Assembly (NCBI RefSeq): GCF_963921235.1
Contig: NC_086118.1
Location: 13,828,001-13,892,000 of the forward strand
Reading direction: 5' to 3'
Length of the DNA: 64,000 nucleotides
From: Mobula hypostoma
Lineage: Eukaryota
Part shown: positions 60,945 to 64,000 of the stretch, piece by piece
Numbering within the stretch: position 1 is the first letter of the stretch
Layout: each line of letters starts with the position of its first letter
Position numbers and translations under genes: made by a program
The notes under the pieces: model-generated
Databases searched by the model: none
What the model was told of the DNA's origin: nothing
What the model saw: only the letters and a program-made list of their open reading frames with translations

Positions 60945-61642
60945 TGGTGGCATCCGTTAGTCTCACGAGACCATGGATCTGCGCCTGGAAAGTCTCACTT
61001 CAGTCTGTGTTAGAGCAGCGTCTGTTGTGGCTGTAGAGGCCCACACGGGAGTGACAGCCTCTAAAGACTGCTGCTTTCCATGTTGTGCCGTCGTGGTGAG
61101 GGGACACTGGAGTGTCCTCTCCAGGGCGCAGGCCTGGGCAGGGTTGTATGGAAGATCGGCAGTTGCCCATGCAGCAAGTTTCCCCTCTCCACGACACCGA
61201 TGTTGTCCAAGGGAAGGGCACTAGGGCCGATACAGCTTGACACCAGTTACGTCGCAGGAGTTGCCAGAACGAGGTTGAAGACAACGTCGGACTGCCTTAG
61301 GGACTCCAGCTCCGGATTTGTCCCTCAGAGTTTACACCCGAAACCTTTCCCATCAGTGGGTATAGCCACAAGGCAGCGGGGTTTAAAATCAGAGTTTCCT
61401 TCTCTTAGATGGACTGCCTTCCCAGGCTGACAAGCTCCATCTACTTGAAGCACTGGTTTTAAGGCACCAGGACCCGCCTTCGCCCCTTCTCCTGTCAATA
61501 GAAACAGTTCCACCGGGCTTAGAGGCTAAGCCACACAAGAAGGCCAGGAGTTGGACTTAGTTGTCAGAGGATATTTGAGGCGTATGCCGTGAGGAGCACT
61601 TTTAGGTAGTGGGAGCTTGTCCCCACTACCACTCCTCGGCTT
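60945..61642 (-). mobile_element. Internally deleted non-autonomous RTE element (long structured 5' UTR fused to the last codons and 3' end)
   Basis: Minus ORF ends CHSRVGLYSHNRRC (C-terminal Zn-finger tail seen in some RTEs), then CCATGGTCTCGTGAGACTAACGGATGCC; no endonuclease or RT in between. Confidence 0.72.
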
Positions 61643-61649
61643 GACAACC

Positions 61650-63290
61650 TTGGAACTTGCAGGACAGGAAATCATGATGAACACACATAGCCGTAACGGA
61701 CTTTATACAAACAGTTGTAGACAAGTGTAGCCCCGCAAAATCATTCAGAGTCTTCCCCAACCCGAAGCCCTGGATAAACCATGAGGTCTGCAATCTGCAG
61801 AGAGCTAAATCAGAAGCATTCAAGTCTGGTGACCAAGGAAGTTACAAGAGGTCCAGGTAGGACCATCACACGAGTGAAGTGCTATTTCCGGACTGAACTT
61901 GAATCAATGAAGGATGCTCGGGGTTCTGGCAGAGCTTGAATGCTATCATCTCTTATAAAGTAAAATCAATCGACATGGGTGATAACAGGGCTTTGCTTCC
62001 AGATGAGCTCAATGACTTCTGTGTTCGCTTGACCATCAAAACATGGAGGAGCCATGATGGACTCCCCCAGCCCCCGATGATCTTTCGATTTCAGTCTCTG
62101 AAGCTGACGTGCAAGCAGCCTTCAGGAGAGTAAACCCACGAAAAGTATCCGGCCTAGATGGAGTACTTGGCCAAGTACTAAAGACCTGTGCTGATCAACT
62201 GGCCGGAACATTCACCGTAACTGTTAACCCCTTGCTTTGGCAGTCTGAGGTACACACCTACTTCAAGCAGACTTCACTTAAACCGGTGCCTGAGAAGAAC
62301 ATGGTAACCTGTATCAATGCCTATCATCCAGTAGTACTTACATCCACTGTGAAGAATTGCTCTCAAAGGTTGTTAATGAATCATATCATCTCCTGCCTGA
62401 GGAGTAACTTGGATAGGAGTAACTTGCAATTTCCCTACTAGCACAACAGACCCACAGGAGATGCCACCTCATAGGTTCTTCACACAACCCTGCAACATCT
62501 GGACAGCAAAGATGCATACATCAGGATGCTCTTTATCAATTACATCTCGGCATTCAATACCACCATCCTCTCAAAACTAATCAATAAACTTCAAGATCTT
62601 GACCTCAATACCTCCTTGTGCAATTGGATTCTTGACTTACTCACTTGCAGACCACAGACAGCTTATATTGTCAATAGCATCTCTTCCAGAATCTCCATCA
62701 GCACAGGGCACCACAAGGCTGTGTACTTAGCCGACAGCTCTACTCGCTTTACACTTATGACTGGCTGAGCACAGCTCCAGTGCAATGTTCAAGTTTACTG
62801 ACAACACCACTGCTGTAGGGAAAATCAAAGGTGAAGAACCAGCATACAGGAAGGAGTTTGAAAATCCAGCTGAGTGGTACAGGAGCCTCAGGACTCACAC
62901 CACAGGTTCGTGATCAGTTATTACCTCTCAACCATCAGGCTCTTGGACCAGAGGGGATAACTTCACTCAACTTCACTTGCCCCATTACTGAAATGTTCCT
63001 TCAACCTATGGACTCACTCTCAAGGACTCTTCTTCTCATGTTAAACCATATAAACCATATAACAATCGTATGTTCTGGATATTTATTGCTTACTTATTTA
63101 TTATTATCACTTCTGTATTTGGCACGGTTTGTTGTCTTGTGCACACTAGTTGAACGCCCAGTTGGTGCAGTCTTTCAATTGATTCAATTATAATTATTGG
63201 AGTTACTGAGTATGTTCACAAGAAAGTGAATCTTAGGGTTGTTAATGATGATATATATGTACTTTAAACATAAATTTACTTTAAACTTTG
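61650..63290 (+). mobile_element. Decayed Rex1/Babar-like LINE
   Basis: [58 protein letters not shown]; tail TAAATTTACTTTAAAC. Confidence 0.85.
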
Positions 63291-63319
63291 GATTTTTTGA
63301 CTGTGTGCAGAAGAAGGAG

Positions 63320-63600
63320 CCAATGGAGAGGGTGCAGAAGATGTTCACCTGGTTATTGCCTAGATTGGAGTGTATTGACTATAAGGAGAGGATGGATACA
63401 CTTGCCATATTTCCTCTAAGTTGTATAGAGACTGAGGAACAACCTGATGGAAACATATATAGTGATAAAAGGTTTAGAGAGGGTAGATAGCCAGAGTCTT
63501 TTACTCAGAGGAAAATGTCAAATACTAGAGAGCATATGTTTAAGGTAAGAGGGGGAAATTTTATAGGAGATCTGTGAGGTAACTGGAATATGTTACTGGG
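63320..63600 (+). mobile_element. Old CR1 3' fragment
   Basis: MERVQKMFTWLLPRLECIDYKERM. Confidence 0.7.
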
Positions 63601-63972
63601 GGAGCACCACTGAAAGCATCCTGACCAGCTGCATGTCCATCTGACACGGGAATTGCAAGGCATCTGACCGCTAGAACCTACAAAAGATTGCAAGGACTGC
63701 TGAGAGGATCATCTCTTACATCCATTATCAGGAGTGCTGCATCAACAGTAGCGTTATACTGTTAACTTCGTAAATTGTGTTATGCTAAATGTCAATCTTC
63801 TGGACTATATTCTATTTGTTTATTTATTTGTGGTAATATTACTTCATGTGTTGTATGAGAGTTATATGTACTGTGATGCGCACCTTGGTCCGGACGAACA
63901 TTGTTTCTTTTGGGGGTATATACCGTATGTTTACAGTCGAATAACAATAAACATGAACTTGAATTTGAACTG
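63600..63972 (+). mobile_element. Old Rex1-like 3' fragment
   Basis: ..ESILTSC..LQKIARTAERII; tail AATAAACATGAACTTGAATTTGAACTGAA. Confidence 0.6.
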
Positions 63973-64000
63973 AAGCCTTACCTTTGCCTTATGCTTGTTG

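Overview
Repeat-dense vertebrate non-coding DNA (intergenic or a large intron). The repeat mix (HER1/CR1-like LINEs, HE1-like V-SINEs, abundant Neptune-type Penelope elements, Rex1/Babar) suggests a cartilaginous fish; this is an inference from repeat content only. I found no recognisable host exon, rRNA, tRNA gene or CRISPR array, and every recognisable ORF is retroelement-derived. Main components: (1) a full-length decayed Gypsy provirus (15972-23198, minus) with PNMA-like Gag, tRNA-Pro PBS, PPT and 4-bp TSD, plus the 3' end of a relative at 1-931; (2) two young Penelope-like elements, one with a 746-codon uninterrupted DKG-RT-GIY-YIG frame, and many short 3' fragments; (3) stop-free 5'-truncated CR1 and RTE ORFs, a Vingi-like LINE, an internally deleted RTE, a Tc1 relic and SINEs; (4) three TGTCA-initiating solo-LTR-like inserts with about 5-bp TSDs, each nested in another repeat. 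The most notable signal the ORF track misses is a dispersed family of minimal type I hammerhead ribozyme motifs in the Penelope 3' repeats: two intact cores and more than ten decayed copies with covarying stem II. Hammerheads in Penelope elements are a known phenomenon, so any novelty lies in this family's details. Coordinates of old fragments are approximate and family calls are by eye, not by database search.
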